IMG/VR virus record: IMGVR_UViG_3300027819_000460
Span: 1-42,493 of that record
DNA from: a virus
Taxonomy: Duplodnaviria; Caudoviricetes
DNA length: 42,493 nucleotides
Strand: one strand, 5' to 3'
The notes beneath the pieces were generated by a model that was not told the origin of the DNA, made no database searches, and worked only from the letters and a program-made list of their open reading frames with translations. Positions 1 through 8,113 of the stretch are shown in pieces; the first letter of the stretch is position 1, and each line of letters begins with the position of its first letter. The translations under genes and the position numbers were made by a program.

Positions 1-234
1 TCACAGTTTGATGAGTGTCGCCAGGGCGGTGACCGCGAGGGCAATCATGGCCCCCAATCGAACGGTCATGCGCAGCGACAAGCGGTCGAGCGCATTTTCC
101 AGATCAATCTTGGTCACCAGTTCGCCCATCACAAAATCCCTCGCAGCCTCCGCGTGTGCCTCGGCCTGCTCTATGGACACACCAGAATCTCGCAGGCGCT
201 TGGCATATCCCAGGGTATCGAATGCGTATGCCAT
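1..234 (-). CDS. DUF1640/CCDC90-like coiled-coil membrane-anchored protein
   Basis: AFDTLGYAKRLRDSGVSIEQAEA...LVTKIDL motif plus C-terminal hydrophobic helix. Confidence 0.8.
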   Translation of the reverse strand: MAYAFDTLGYAKRLRDSGVSIEQAEAHAEAARDFVMGELVTKIDLENALDRLSLRMTVRLGAMIALAVTALATLIKL

Positions 235-237
235 GGT

Positions 238-714
238 CTATGCCACCTGCCGGGTCGTACGACCACGGCCCTTGAGCGCGGCCGATCGGGACTGTTGGAG
301 CGTGCGAATCGGCTCATCCAGCTCTCCCTTAGTGATTGCCTCTCGCACTGCCGCGTAAAACGCGGACAGCTCGTCAGCCGTCCCAATGAAGTGACCTGTC
401 GCCCCGTTGAGGGGGATGGGGAGCTGGCCGTAGCGGATGCCCGTCCAGTATCCCTCGGGGGTTTTGGTAAACCAAGTGGACACCGCTTTGGCGCCTCCCT
501 TGGTTTTGGGGAGTGGTTGCCCATTCTCCACCAGGCCGAGGTATCGGGTCTGCTCGTCGAGCGCCTTCACGATAGCCTCCTTCGCAACTGCGAAGGGATC
601 TGTCACTTTCCCGCCTACCTTGGCGGGTGGCTCGCCCGATCTCTTGATGAGAGACATAAACGAGTACTGCATCTGCGGTGCCTCCGGTTCAGCAGCCTTT
701 GGGTTTCTAGCCAT
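238..714 (-). CDS. Hypothetical protein
   Basis: 158-aa ORF with GAGGAG Shine-Dalgarno upstream; stop 3 nt before the next gene. Confidence 0.75.
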   Translation of the reverse strand: MARNPKAAEPEAPQMQYSFMSLIKRSGEPPAKVGGKVTDPFAVAKEAIVKALDEQTRYLGLVENGQPLPKTKGGAKAVSTWFTKTPEGYWTGIRYGQLPIPLNGATGHFIGTADELSAFYAAVREAITKGELDEPIRTLQQSRSAALKGRGRTTRQVA

Positions 715-847
715 GACGCTACTCCTCTGCTGTACGTCTGAGGTTAGCTTACCATGTACGTCACTACAAAGGTCGTGACCGGAAGTCTCTGGGTGCTATG
801 AGTAATACGGTTGCTATGGGAATAGAATATATTCTGCTCAATTTTGC

Positions 848-2173
848 TTACAAATCGGTGCTAACCCGATACTCCCCATTGGTTCGAATAATCAGCCGGT
901 TCTTGACGAGGGTGGCGAGCGCCTGGCCGAAGCCCCCAGAAGTCGATGATAGGCCGGTCCTGATGGCAACCTGGGATCGTGTGAACGATAGCCCTGCCGA
1001 GGAGGCGAGGAACGCCAGTATCTTACCCTCAGCGCGGTTGCGCCCGAGTTTGTCGATCCACTCGTCGGCGCCATTGAACCCGGTCTGAGCGGTAGACGTA
1101 GTAGGTGCTCCACCCACTATGGCCCGAATGGCATCCAGTGCTCTGGAATGCTTGGCTGCCTCATCCCTTGCGGCCCGTATCTCGATGTCCTTGGCTACCA
1201 GCTTTGACTCGTATTCGTTGCGCAGTTCTATGATGCTCGTCTGTTCGACTGGTGCCTCGGCCTTTGCCGTAGGCCGTGCCGGTTCCTTGCGCTCTGGTGG
1301 AGGCGCGGACCTAAACGTCTCGATGAAGCTTTGGATGTCAGACTGTTCGAGCTTTGGCACCTGGAAATGATCCCCGATCTTCTCTCGGTCAGGGTGGAAC
1401 GTTTCGCGCTTCCTAATCTCGATGCGCTCGAATACGCCCATGAACTCAGGCGACCATATCCAGCCGTGGCCCTTGGGAAGCGAGGGTAGACTGGCCATGA
1501 ACTTCTGAAAGTCGCCCTCCGCTGACTGGGCCTCCACCCAATCGTGCAGCGCCTTGCGGTCTTGAGGGCTGGTGTTCTGAAACGCCAGGAGGGTGTCGAG
1601 CTGCGTCAGCACGTCCTTGTTAATCGTGGCTGCACGCTGGTTGAGCATGGTGACACCGATCCCTTTGTTTCGGCCCATAGTGACCAACGCTTCAACCGCT
1701 GCGAAGGTTTTTGCTTGAGCGCCCATGACCCGCTGCGGCACATACTCGTGTGCTTCTTCGATGAACACATGACGGGGCGTATTGTTGATGTTGAGCAGCT
1801 CTTCCGCGAATTCGGCGATCAGATGCCGGGCAGCAACCTTGGGCATGCCGAATGTCGAGATCACGCAGGATATGTTTTCCTTCACTACCGCCTGGGCGAT
1901 TTGTCGGCCCATCTCGCGATCGAGCGCGATGTCCGCGTGCTGCAAGCCAAATACGACGATGGGCAGACCTTTCCCCTTGCCATCCGCGGCCAGGCGCAAG
2001 CCCCACCAAACATCGATTGGGTCGAACACGACGAAGGGGATGCCAGCTTTGTAGAATTCCTCTGCCATGACGCCGCCCGTGTAGGTCTTGCCGGCCCCAC
2101 GCTTGGCGAGGATCGCGAAGGTCTTTGTTGCAGCATTGATTGGCAACGTGATTGATCCGAGATTTATGCTCAT
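848..2173 (-). CDS. HerA/FtsK-like ATPase (DUF87/DUF853-like) with C-terminal winged HTH
   Basis: Walker A AKRGAGKT, Walker B VFIEEAH, GRNKG motif, NQRAA sensor; C-terminal FTRSQVAIRTGLSSTSGGFGQALATL helix-turn-helix. Confidence 0.85.
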   Translation of the reverse strand: MSINLGSITLPINAATKTFAILAKRGAGKTYTGGVMAEEFYKAGIPFVVFDPIDVWWGLRLAADGKGKGLPIVVFGLQHADIALDREMGRQIAQAVVKENISCVISTFGMPKVAARHLIAEFAEELLNINNTPRHVFIEEAHEYVPQRVMGAQAKTFAAVEALVTMGRNKGIGVTMLNQRAATINKDVLTQLDTLLAFQNTSPQDRKALHDWVEAQSAEGDFQKFMASLPSLPKGHGWIWSPEFMGVFERIEIRKRETFHPDREKIGDHFQVPKLEQSDIQSFIETFRSAPPPERKEPARPTAKAEAPVEQTSIIELRNEYESKLVAKDIEIRAARDEAAKHSRALDAIRAIVGGAPTTSTAQTGFNGADEWIDKLGRNRAEGKILAFLASSAGLSFTRSQVAIRTGLSSTSGGFGQALATLVKNRLIIRTNGEYRVSTDL

Positions 2174-2307
2174 AAATGGTTGTCTATTAATTGCTCCAAC
2201 AGTTCGATCATTGTCTGATGCTTTCTAAACGCCACCCTACGCAACTGCTCATATGCTTTTAATGAAACACGCACCTGCTTGGTGACCTTCTTTTTCGGTT
2301 TCCTCAT
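2170..2307 (-). CDS. Small ribbon-helix-helix DNA-binding protein (45 aa, not in ORF track)
   Basis: Manual translation MRKPKKKVTKQVRVSLKAYEQLRRVAFRKHQTMIELLEQLIDNHL; alternating beta strand then two helices; ATGA overlap with the ATPase start. Confidence 0.7.
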   Translation of the reverse strand: MRKPKKKVTKQVRVSLKAYEQLRRVAFRKHQTMIELLEQLIDNHL

Positions 2308-2427
2308 GTTTCTATCCTACCACGGCTATTCCGTTGTCAAAGTCGCGGAGTGGATAAGTCACCTTGTCACTTTTCGTGGGTTTGGTAGGATTTAGTTAAA
2401 GGTCGATATCAACCAATCAACAAGCAT
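2308..2427. promoter_or_regulatory. Divergent sigma70-like promoter region with a DnaA-box-like site
   Basis: Minus strand TTGACA-N15-TAGGAT-6nt-ATG; plus strand TTGTCA-N16-TAGGAT; GTGGATAA at 2350-2357 between them. Confidence 0.55.
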
Positions 2428-2574
2428 ATGAAACAAATCGAAGGTATCTACTCCCACTACCGAAAACCAACTCTGAGAGAGAAGTACGGCGGTGTGGTGC
2501 GAGTAGGGTGGCACATATTCACTGGTGCGGGTTTCTTCCTCTCAATGGGTATGTTTGTAGGCGTGAGTCTCTAA
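2428..2574 (+). CDS. Small membrane protein (48 aa, not in ORF track)
   Basis: MKQIEGIYSHYRKPTLREKYGGVVRVGWHIFTGAGFFLSMGMFVGVSL; stop 1 nt before the next ATG. Confidence 0.55.
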   Translation: MKQIEGIYSHYRKPTLREKYGGVVRVGWHIFTGAGFFLSMGMFVGVSL

Positions 2575-2575
2575 C

Positions 2576-2761
2576 ATGACCAAGGAATTTGAAAATGCCT
2601 TGAACGAATACGGGGCAGCGATGGAGGAAAAGATCGCAGCATCCAAGGCAGAGGACAAAGCACGAGTTCGATCACAGAAAGCGTATCACCGTTTGGTGAT
2701 GGCAAAGCAGGAGTTACGGGCGGCAGAGTTAGAAGCACAAGAGCCAATCTACGTCAGCTAA
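2576..2761 (+). CDS. Hypothetical coiled-coil protein
   Basis: Tightly packed operon (TAACATG junctions). Confidence 0.65.
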   Translation: MTKEFENALNEYGAAMEEKIAASKAEDKARVRSQKAYHRLVMAKQELRAAELEAQEPIYVS

Positions 2762-2762
2762 C

Positions 2763-2981
2763 ATGAAAGCACCAATCTTCGGAAGGCCAGGTCTATCAGA
2801 GGAGAAGTTCCACCACGTGTTGGACACCTACCTTGAGACTGGTATCCTGCGAGCCGATGACTATGCTCTAATGAACAAAGACCAAGAGAACATCATCCGA
2901 GAAGTCAGAAAGAGTATCAAACGAATCACTACAAAAAATAAACAACAAATATATGAAAGCACCACGCCCAAAGGCATTTGA
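2763..2981 (+). CDS. Hypothetical phage protein
   Basis: Tightly packed operon, overlaps the next gene. Confidence 0.6.
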   Translation: MKAPIFGRPGLSEEKFHHVLDTYLETGILRADDYALMNKDQENIIREVRKSIKRITTKNKQQIYESTTPKGI

Positions 2982-3594
2982 CCCTGTACCAAAAGGCACA
3001 CATGTTGCGCGTCTCTATTCCATCATCCACCTAGGCACCACCAGTTTTATATACAAAGGCGAGGAGAAGTCCTCCAACAAAATCCGCCTTACCTTCGAGC
3101 TGTGCAATGAGCGCAAAGAGTTCAAGGAAGGTGAGGGTGAAAGGCCCTACTCCATCTCTCGTGAATTCGGGTGGAGCATGTCACCACGCGGAAAGCTCCG
3201 TCCCTTCATTGAGGGTATGATAGGCACCGCGCTTGATGACGACGAAGCCTACAACCTCGATATCGAGAGCTTGCTCGGGGAAGCCTGCCTGATAACCGTC
3301 ACCCATGAGGAAAAGAACGGGGCAACCTACGCCAACATCCTCAATGCGTCAGCTCTGCCAAAAGGCACCGAAGCACCCGACATGTTCAACGAAGGCAAGT
3401 TTATCAGCGTGGATAGCACGCCCGTTGAGGAAATCGAGGCACTTCCCGAGTTCTTGCGCGAGAAGATTTACGCCAGTGAGGAATGGGCACTCCGCATGCG
3501 AGCAATCCAACAGCTCGGCAACCTACCCGAAGTTAAGAAACCCAATGCTGATGAGGGAGAGGTAGCAGCAGAGGAATTGCCGGACATTCTCTAA
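2953..3594 (+). CDS. NGO0469-family phage replication protein / putative OB-fold ssDNA-binding protein
   Basis: HVARLYSIIHLGT...KIRLTFEL...ISREF..SM...KLR.FIE...LLGEACLITVTH...YANI pattern; acidic C-terminal tail (EELPDIL). Confidence 0.7.
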   Translation: MKAPRPKAFDPVPKGTHVARLYSIIHLGTTSFIYKGEEKSSNKIRLTFELCNERKEFKEGEGERPYSISREFGWSMSPRGKLRPFIEGMIGTALDDDEAYNLDIESLLGEACLITVTHEEKNGATYANILNASALPKGTEAPDMFNEGKFISVDSTPVEEIEALPEFLREKIYASEEWALRMRAIQQLGNLPEVKKPNADEGEVAAEELPDIL

Positions 3595-3597
3595 CTC

Positions 3598-3825
3598 ATG
3601 GAGATAGACCCCAAACTTATCCGCACCTACCGGCCAAAATTCCTTGAAGGGAAGGTGTTGTGGTCAGATAGTACGACGCCGAGGAAATGCCGGAAGTGTC
3701 CGCAAATCCTCCCACCGTATTACCGATACTACTGCTGCTATAAGTGCAAAGAAGCGGCCCAATTGGATGGGAGTTACGGGCATGAGGAAGACCCGCCGCC
3801 GCAGCCAGAGAGTGAGTTTGCGTAG
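3598..3825 (+). CDS. Small Zn-finger protein
   Basis: CRKC...YYCCYKC motif. Confidence 0.6.
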   Translation: MEIDPKLIRTYRPKFLEGKVLWSDSTTPRKCRKCPQILPPYYRYYCCYKCKEAAQLDGSYGHEEDPPPQPESEFA

Positions 3826-3829
3826 CGTG

Positions 3830-3853
3830 AGGCCGCTGTAACAGGCGGCCTTT
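3830..3853. terminator. Putative intrinsic terminator
   Basis: AGGCCGC...GCGGCCT stem followed by a short T run, between convergent genes. Confidence 0.55.
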
Positions 3854-3870
3854 GTCGTTCTCAAAAGGGA

Positions 3871-4596
3871 CTACAGGCATGCACCCACATAATCTTTGAT
3901 GGTGCCAGCATTCTTGCACAGAACAAAGTCAAGGTCTATTCGAACGCCAGGGTTAGTGGTACGAAAATACGTAGCATTTGGATAGACACGATACCCACGT
4001 CCACAATCCTCACCAATAAATTTCTTGTGAATGTCATAGACACTTATGCAGATATTTGGAGGTGGTTTAGCCCAACGAATAAAACAGCTATTGCCGGGGT
4101 TAAGTTCCTGAAGCTGATTACCGATAGTGACCATTTTTAGTGTCTCTGTACAAAGAGATAGGGGGTTTAATATTTGAGTGAATGGGTGTGGCGGCGCCAA
4201 AGGTGTCTGAGTGTTGTCACCTGGAAGCCGTGGCAAAATTATGGTCCCTCCGACAATTACAACGGCAACATATATCATGCCGCGTGAAAGCTCGTTCCCG
4301 ACCGTCGTTCGGACTTTCACCATCACAAAGGTCATCGCCAACAATACGGGGACTACAAACCATAGGTAGAAGATGGACGACGGTATCGCCAATATCAGGC
4401 CACCAGCGCAGAGGACTATGGCCAGTGCCACTACCCCAAACGTCCCTCGGAAGTGGGAGCGGATGCTGTCCCATCCCTCCTGCCAAGCTATTCCCTCGCT
4501 GGTAGGCTCTGGGGTAATCCCTCGTGTCCCTCTGGGTACGAGCCACAACACCGCCAAAGCGGTGACCACCAGGAATACAATGAGCGCGATAGCCAT
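3871..4596 (-). CDS. Multi-pass membrane protein with Cys-rich C-terminal extracytoplasmic domain
   Basis: About four hydrophobic segments; six Cys in the soluble tail; GAGGT SD. Confidence 0.65.
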   Translation of the reverse strand: MAIALIVFLVVTALAVLWLVPRGTRGITPEPTSEGIAWQEGWDSIRSHFRGTFGVVALAIVLCAGGLILAIPSSIFYLWFVVPVLLAMTFVMVKVRTTVGNELSRGMIYVAVVIVGGTIILPRLPGDNTQTPLAPPHPFTQILNPLSLCTETLKMVTIGNQLQELNPGNSCFIRWAKPPPNICISVYDIHKKFIGEDCGRGYRVYPNATYFRTTNPGVRIDLDFVLCKNAGTIKDYVGACL

Positions 4597-4652
4597 ACCG
4601 ACCTCACCGGGAAGAACCCCGGGAGACTACCCGGATGGGGTACGGGAGTCGA

Positions 4653-4868
4653 TTATGGGTGGGTATTCGCGCCAGTAGTCGGGGCACTAGGCGCTCTTGT
4701 AGGGTCCGCCTTCATCAGCACGAACCCGCTGGCCTCCAGGTGACGCACCAGGCGGTCAGCAGTGATCCGCGCCATCATATCATCGGCCTGGCGCACCCGC
4801 TTCCTCCCCTCATAGCGAAGGGCAAAGGCGAGGGCGTCGGCTATCTCGTCTGGTGTGGCTGGTCGCAT
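4653..4868 (-). CDS. Small hypothetical protein (alphaproteobacterial-type)
   Basis: RPATPDEIADALAFALRYEGRKRVRQADDMMARITADRLVRHLEASGFVLMK resembles a family I recall from Alphaproteobacteria; TTGACA upstream. Confidence 0.7.
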   Translation of the reverse strand: MRPATPDEIADALAFALRYEGRKRVRQADDMMARITADRLVRHLEASGFVLMKADPTRAPSAPTTGANTHP

Positions 4869-4973
4869 GGATGGGAGGGTATGAGAACAGAAAGGGAACT
4901 GTCAAGGGGTATTCCTGTGACATAGTGTGCCGTACACTGATAGCGAGACAGTGCCAAATCAGCGACCGTACAG

Positions 4974-5543
4974 GTGAGGGAAAAAATGACACCGCCAAAC
5001 CCGCCCAACGCAAGCCCAAAACGGGATATAGTGGAATCAATTAATAAATTCCTTCTTAAATCGAAATTTCCTGAGGTGTTAGCGCTAATTGCAGTTATTG
5101 GCGCGGCATCGGGTCTTGTTAGCACTCTGTTCAATCTTTATAATCCTTCAACACCTGCTCTTGCGGATCGGATTTCTCGCCTTACGAAATCTCTAAACGA
5201 CTCGGCTCGCATAATCACCGAGATCGAAAAAGAGGTTGACCAGCGCCAAGAACTCTTGGAACGTCTTCAACGGGACGCAGAGACTGCAAAGAACCTCGCG
5301 GCGCTGAATTCACCTCAAGCCAACGCGGTTGTCCAAGCCCTCCGGGGTGAGCTAGATAAGGAAAGCAATAAAAGTTTCTGGATAGGGGCGGGGCAAAATT
5401 TTGTCTTTACGATATTGGGTGCACTGTTGGGTATATTCCTTCCAGGTATAATCCACCGCCTCCCATGGAGGAACCGTGGCACTGCTGTACCGGCGAGCGA
5501 TATCCACACCCCTCCTCCTGGACAGCCAGGAAGTGGTGTATGA
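4974..5543 (+). CDS. Membrane-anchored coiled-coil hypothetical protein (accessory gene)
   Basis: TM - coiled coil - TM architecture; true start may be the ATG at 4986. Confidence 0.65.
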   Translation: MREKMTPPNPPNASPKRDIVESINKFLLKSKFPEVLALIAVIGAASGLVSTLFNLYNPSTPALADRISRLTKSLNDSARIITEIEKEVDQRQELLERLQRDAETAKNLAALNSPQANAVVQALRGELDKESNKSFWIGAGQNFVFTILGALLGIFLPGIIHRLPWRNRGTAVPASDIHTPPPGQPGSGV

Positions 5544-5586
5544 TGAAATCCATGTCCAAACTACACACCATATTGAGCGGAACAAG

Positions 5587-5651
5587 TGTTATACTCAATG
5601 TGGTTTGGACACCGCAGAAACCCTCGGCTTAATCGCCGGGGGATTTCTGTG
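5587..5651 (+). promoter_or_regulatory. Extended -10 promoter followed by a strong 5' hairpin
   Basis: TGtTATACT at 5587-5595; 16-bp bulged hairpin at 5613-5651. Confidence 0.5.
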
Positions 5652-5733
5652 TTCGCCGGTCTCAGTAACAAGGCTTGGTAGATTGCCGTTTGTGGTTCTT
5701 TGAAAACTGGATAGGGTAACAACACACCAGAAT

Positions 5734-5943
5734 ATGGGAGAAGAATTGACCGTCGGTGAGGCGCGCGTGCGCACCACCTTCAATCCGAGTGCCAACGAAA
5801 TCGTGGATCAGCTCAAGCAAAAAAGTGCAGAGCTGATAAACATGTGCGAAGACCTAAAAGCCAAAGACCCACGCCTCGCATCTATTGCCCAAACCTCCTT
5901 CGAGGAAGCAGCGATGTGGGCTGTGAAGGCCGCTACCGCCTAG
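5734..5943 (+). CDS. Acb2/Tad1-like helical-hairpin protein (putative cyclic-nucleotide sponge)
   Basis: RVRTTFNPS...VDQLKQKSAELI...RLASIAQTSFEEAAMWAVKA resembles the Acb2/Tad1 R..S.A.T..EEA.MW..KA pattern. Confidence 0.65.
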   Translation: MGEELTVGEARVRTTFNPSANEIVDQLKQKSAELINMCEDLKAKDPRLASIAQTSFEEAAMWAVKAATA

Positions 5944-5944
5944 T

Positions 5945-6163
5945 ATGTTCCAAGTCGCGGGGCGGCTCAATCGAGCCGGTCGACGTGCCGAAGCGAAGTG
6001 GGACCGCGGTGCCCGGCAGCGCAAGCGCCAAGAGCGCGCGGAAGCCATTAAAAAGCAGTCCAAGGCTGCGATAGCTGAGCGCGTTCGCAAGCAGCAAGAT
6101 GCGGCTCACACGCGCGCCGTCGCACGAAAGGAGGCTCGCCGCAAAGCTGCTGCAACCATTTAA
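5945..6163 (+). CDS. Small highly basic helical protein
   Basis: Arg/Lys/Ala-rich; starts 1 nt after the previous stop. Confidence 0.55.
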   Translation: MFQVAGRLNRAGRRAEAKWDRGARQRKRQERAEAIKKQSKAAIAERVRKQQDAAHTRAVARKEARRKAAATI

Positions 6164-6627
6164 TAACCAACACCTATCCAGCTTTCAAAGAACCACCACG
6201 AGCGTTATCCCTGAAACCTATTCGTGTCCTCTCAGGAAGCCCTGCTCTGTCCGCCCCCCTGACAACAGGCAACCCCATGAGGACATGAATGTGAGATTCG
6301 TGGTTTGGTAGCCGGGAGACTACGCAACACCACAGCTCTGCTGACTTCATAGGTTCCAACTGCGCTCCATCGGAAGGGATGGGGGAGAAAAGGGGGGGAG
6401 AACTATCTCAATGAACAACAAACCTAAATGGCGACGCATTACAAAGCCAAGCTACTACCAGAAGAAAATAAAAACTCTCCCGAAGGAGAGCGCCCATTAA
6501 AGGGATAGTAGGAACCCGAGGCCGACAAGAGTGACGGCCCCGATAACGTACCCAAACAGGAAGCGTGGTTTGGGTGGGGCGACATCCCAGAAATCCTCCT
6601 GGTAGCTGTCGCCTCTGTGCCAGGGGC

Positions 6628-6858
6628 TCATGCTGCTAAACACGTGATTTTGCGGGGTGCCATGCCCGCGTCATACCCCTCGAAGTTGGAGAGGCACGCC
6701 TCAGAGCCGAACGTGGGGATGTATGTTGCCCCTTCCATGCTCTTTGGCGTGTACGTCTGCTGGTCGGGCTTGAATGCCTGCCAACACCACGCACAGGCAT
6801 TGAACTTGGCTGTAGGCGGGCGTACTCGCTTAGGAGCCGCAATTTGTTCTGCCTTCAC
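6628..6858 (-). CDS. Small Cys-rich TRASH/zf-FCS-like protein
   Basis: CAWC...FGSEAC. Confidence 0.55.
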   Translation of the reverse strand: MKAEQIAAPKRVRPPTAKFNACAWCWQAFKPDQQTYTPKSMEGATYIPTFGSEACLSNFEGYDAGMAPRKITCLAA

Positions 6859-6859
6859 G

Positions 6860-7078
6860 TTACACTCCCTTCCCGATAGGTTGACCGTTCATGCCGCCAG
6901 AGACGCTCTGTGGCTCAATTTCACGCGATTGGAGGGTTTCTAAAGCCCTCGCGTAGCACGAGCGGCTGCACATGACATCCGTACCGATGGAATAGTGTGC
7001 GCCGTCCGGGTTGATGTAGTACGTGCCACACCAACAACGCTGCTTATCCATTTGCCGCCTCCCATTTCTGCCGGTCAC
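6860..7078 (-). CDS. Small Cys-rich TRASH/zf-FCS-like protein
   Basis: CWCG...MCSRSC; likely start at MDKQR (7051). Confidence 0.6.
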   Translation of the reverse strand: MTGRNGRRQMDKQRCWCGTYYINPDGAHYSIGTDVMCSRSCYARALETLQSREIEPQSVSGGMNGQPIGKGV

Positions 7079-7292
7079 TCATCGAGCGGAACCACAGCAC
7101 TTTGCGTACAGGGCCGTAGGGCGTCTGTTCCGTAAGCAGTTTGCTCACGGAGAAGTTGTGGGGCAGTTTGCACCCACAGGAACACGTTGTAGTGTCCGCC
7201 TTGCCGTACAAAGGGCCTGTAGTGGCCGTTTTGACCGCAAATAGGTCAGACCTCCACGGCAGAGCCGGGACAGGCAGTCCGATGTCATACAT
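7044..7292 (-). CDS. Small Cys-containing protein
   Basis: CSCGC...WFRSMSDR; overlaps the next gene in an operon. Confidence 0.55.
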   Translation of the reverse strand: MYDIGLPVPALPWRSDLFAVKTATTGPLYGKADTTTCSCGCKLPHNFSVSKLLTEQTPYGPVRKVLWFRSMSDRQKWEAANG

Positions 7293-7307
7293 GGTAGTTG
7301 TGTCTCC

Positions 7308-7493
7308 TCACGTAGCTGCGAAGGTAGATGCGCCAGTGGTACCGACGACGCTTGTGCATGTAAGTGCCTCCAATTTCTTGTGCATGCATCCTGCGGAGCA
7401 TTGGTCGTAGCGTGTTGCGCCGACCATAAAGCTCCACTGTTTGTAGTGTGGTTTGTCACATCCATCTGCATGGCAGATGTCGCTTAGTTTCAA
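7308..7493 (-). CDS. Small Cys-rich TRASH-like protein
   Basis: CHADGC...QCSAGC; GGAGG SD before TTG start. Confidence 0.55.
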   Translation of the reverse strand: MKLSDICHADGCDKPHYKQWSFMVGATRYDQCSAGCMHKKLEALTCTSVVGTTGASTFAAT

Positions 7494-7649
7494 AAGTACC
7501 TCCCGTAGTTATCCACTTCAAGTCTACTACAGGTATAATACAAGTATAATGTATACTTATGCACAGCAGGTCTTCTCTCCTTTCCCACATAGGCGGTATT
7601 TTTTACTGATTGTCTCCACCCGCTGACTAGTAGATACTAAGAGACCATC

Positions 7650-7677
7650 AAAAAAGTCCCCACTCGGGGGCCTTTTT
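7650..7677 (-). terminator. Intrinsic (bidirectional) terminator of the late operon
   Basis: AAAAAAGTCCCC-ACTC-GGGGGCCTTTTT. Confidence 0.75.
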
Positions 7678-7698
7678 GCTTTTAGGATACTCCACAAA

Positions 7699-7855
7699 CA
7701 ACCCCAAACAGCTACATAGGCATACGTCTATTTATGTCGCTGCGTTTTTGTCTCTCCGGGGTCGATACCGTGAGACACGACACGCGCTCGGGCCTGAGGG
7801 TGAAGATGCCCCAAAAGAACTGTTGGGGCCGGAACGCGATAGCTGCTTAGGGTTG
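7699..7855 (-). ncRNA. Candidate multibranched structured RNA after the last lysis gene
   Basis: 16-bp closing stem (7840-7855 with 7699-7714) that is fully paired on the minus strand using two G-U pairs; several internal stems. Confidence 0.5.
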
Positions 7856-7863
7856 GCTGAGGA

Positions 7864-8112
7864 TTATCGCTGTGACATTCGCACTATGATTTTGCGGACT
7901 ATGCCCCACATTGTTTGGGCGCTGTACCACGCTGTGAATACGGTAGTGGACAGGAGAATACCCTGCTCAATGAGAGTATCGGCGTCGGTTGCCTCAATGA
8001 CCCCAAACGAGGCAAGAAGGCCGATAACAACGCGGGCACCTGCGGTAATCGTCAAACTTAACTCTTGTGGGTTTACCGAACTGGAGAAAGCACCGTATTT
8101 TGGTTCGTTCAT
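7864..8112 (-). CDS. Small two-TM holin/antiholin-like protein
   Basis: Two hydrophobic helices, basic C-terminus, directly after the endolysin. Confidence 0.6.
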   Translation of the reverse strand: MNEPKYGAFSSSVNPQELSLTITAGARVVIGLLASFGVIEATDADTLIEQGILLSTTVFTAWYSAQTMWGIVRKIIVRMSQR

Positions 8113-8113
8113 G

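Larger units (their letters stand above)
5692..6196. repeat. 24-bp inverted repeat (5692-5715 / 6173-6196, 23/24 match)
   Basis: GTGGTTCTTTGAAAACTGGATAGG versus CCTATCCAGCTTTCAAAGAACCAC. Confidence 0.9.

Noticed and set aside
6411-6500. 29-aa basic ORF MNNKPKWRR...
   Set aside because: Too short to support and lies within the hairpin-rich region; left uncalled
5600-6620. Group I/II intron interpretation of the structured region
   Set aside because: No interrupted host gene, and I could not identify a P7 core or domain V motif
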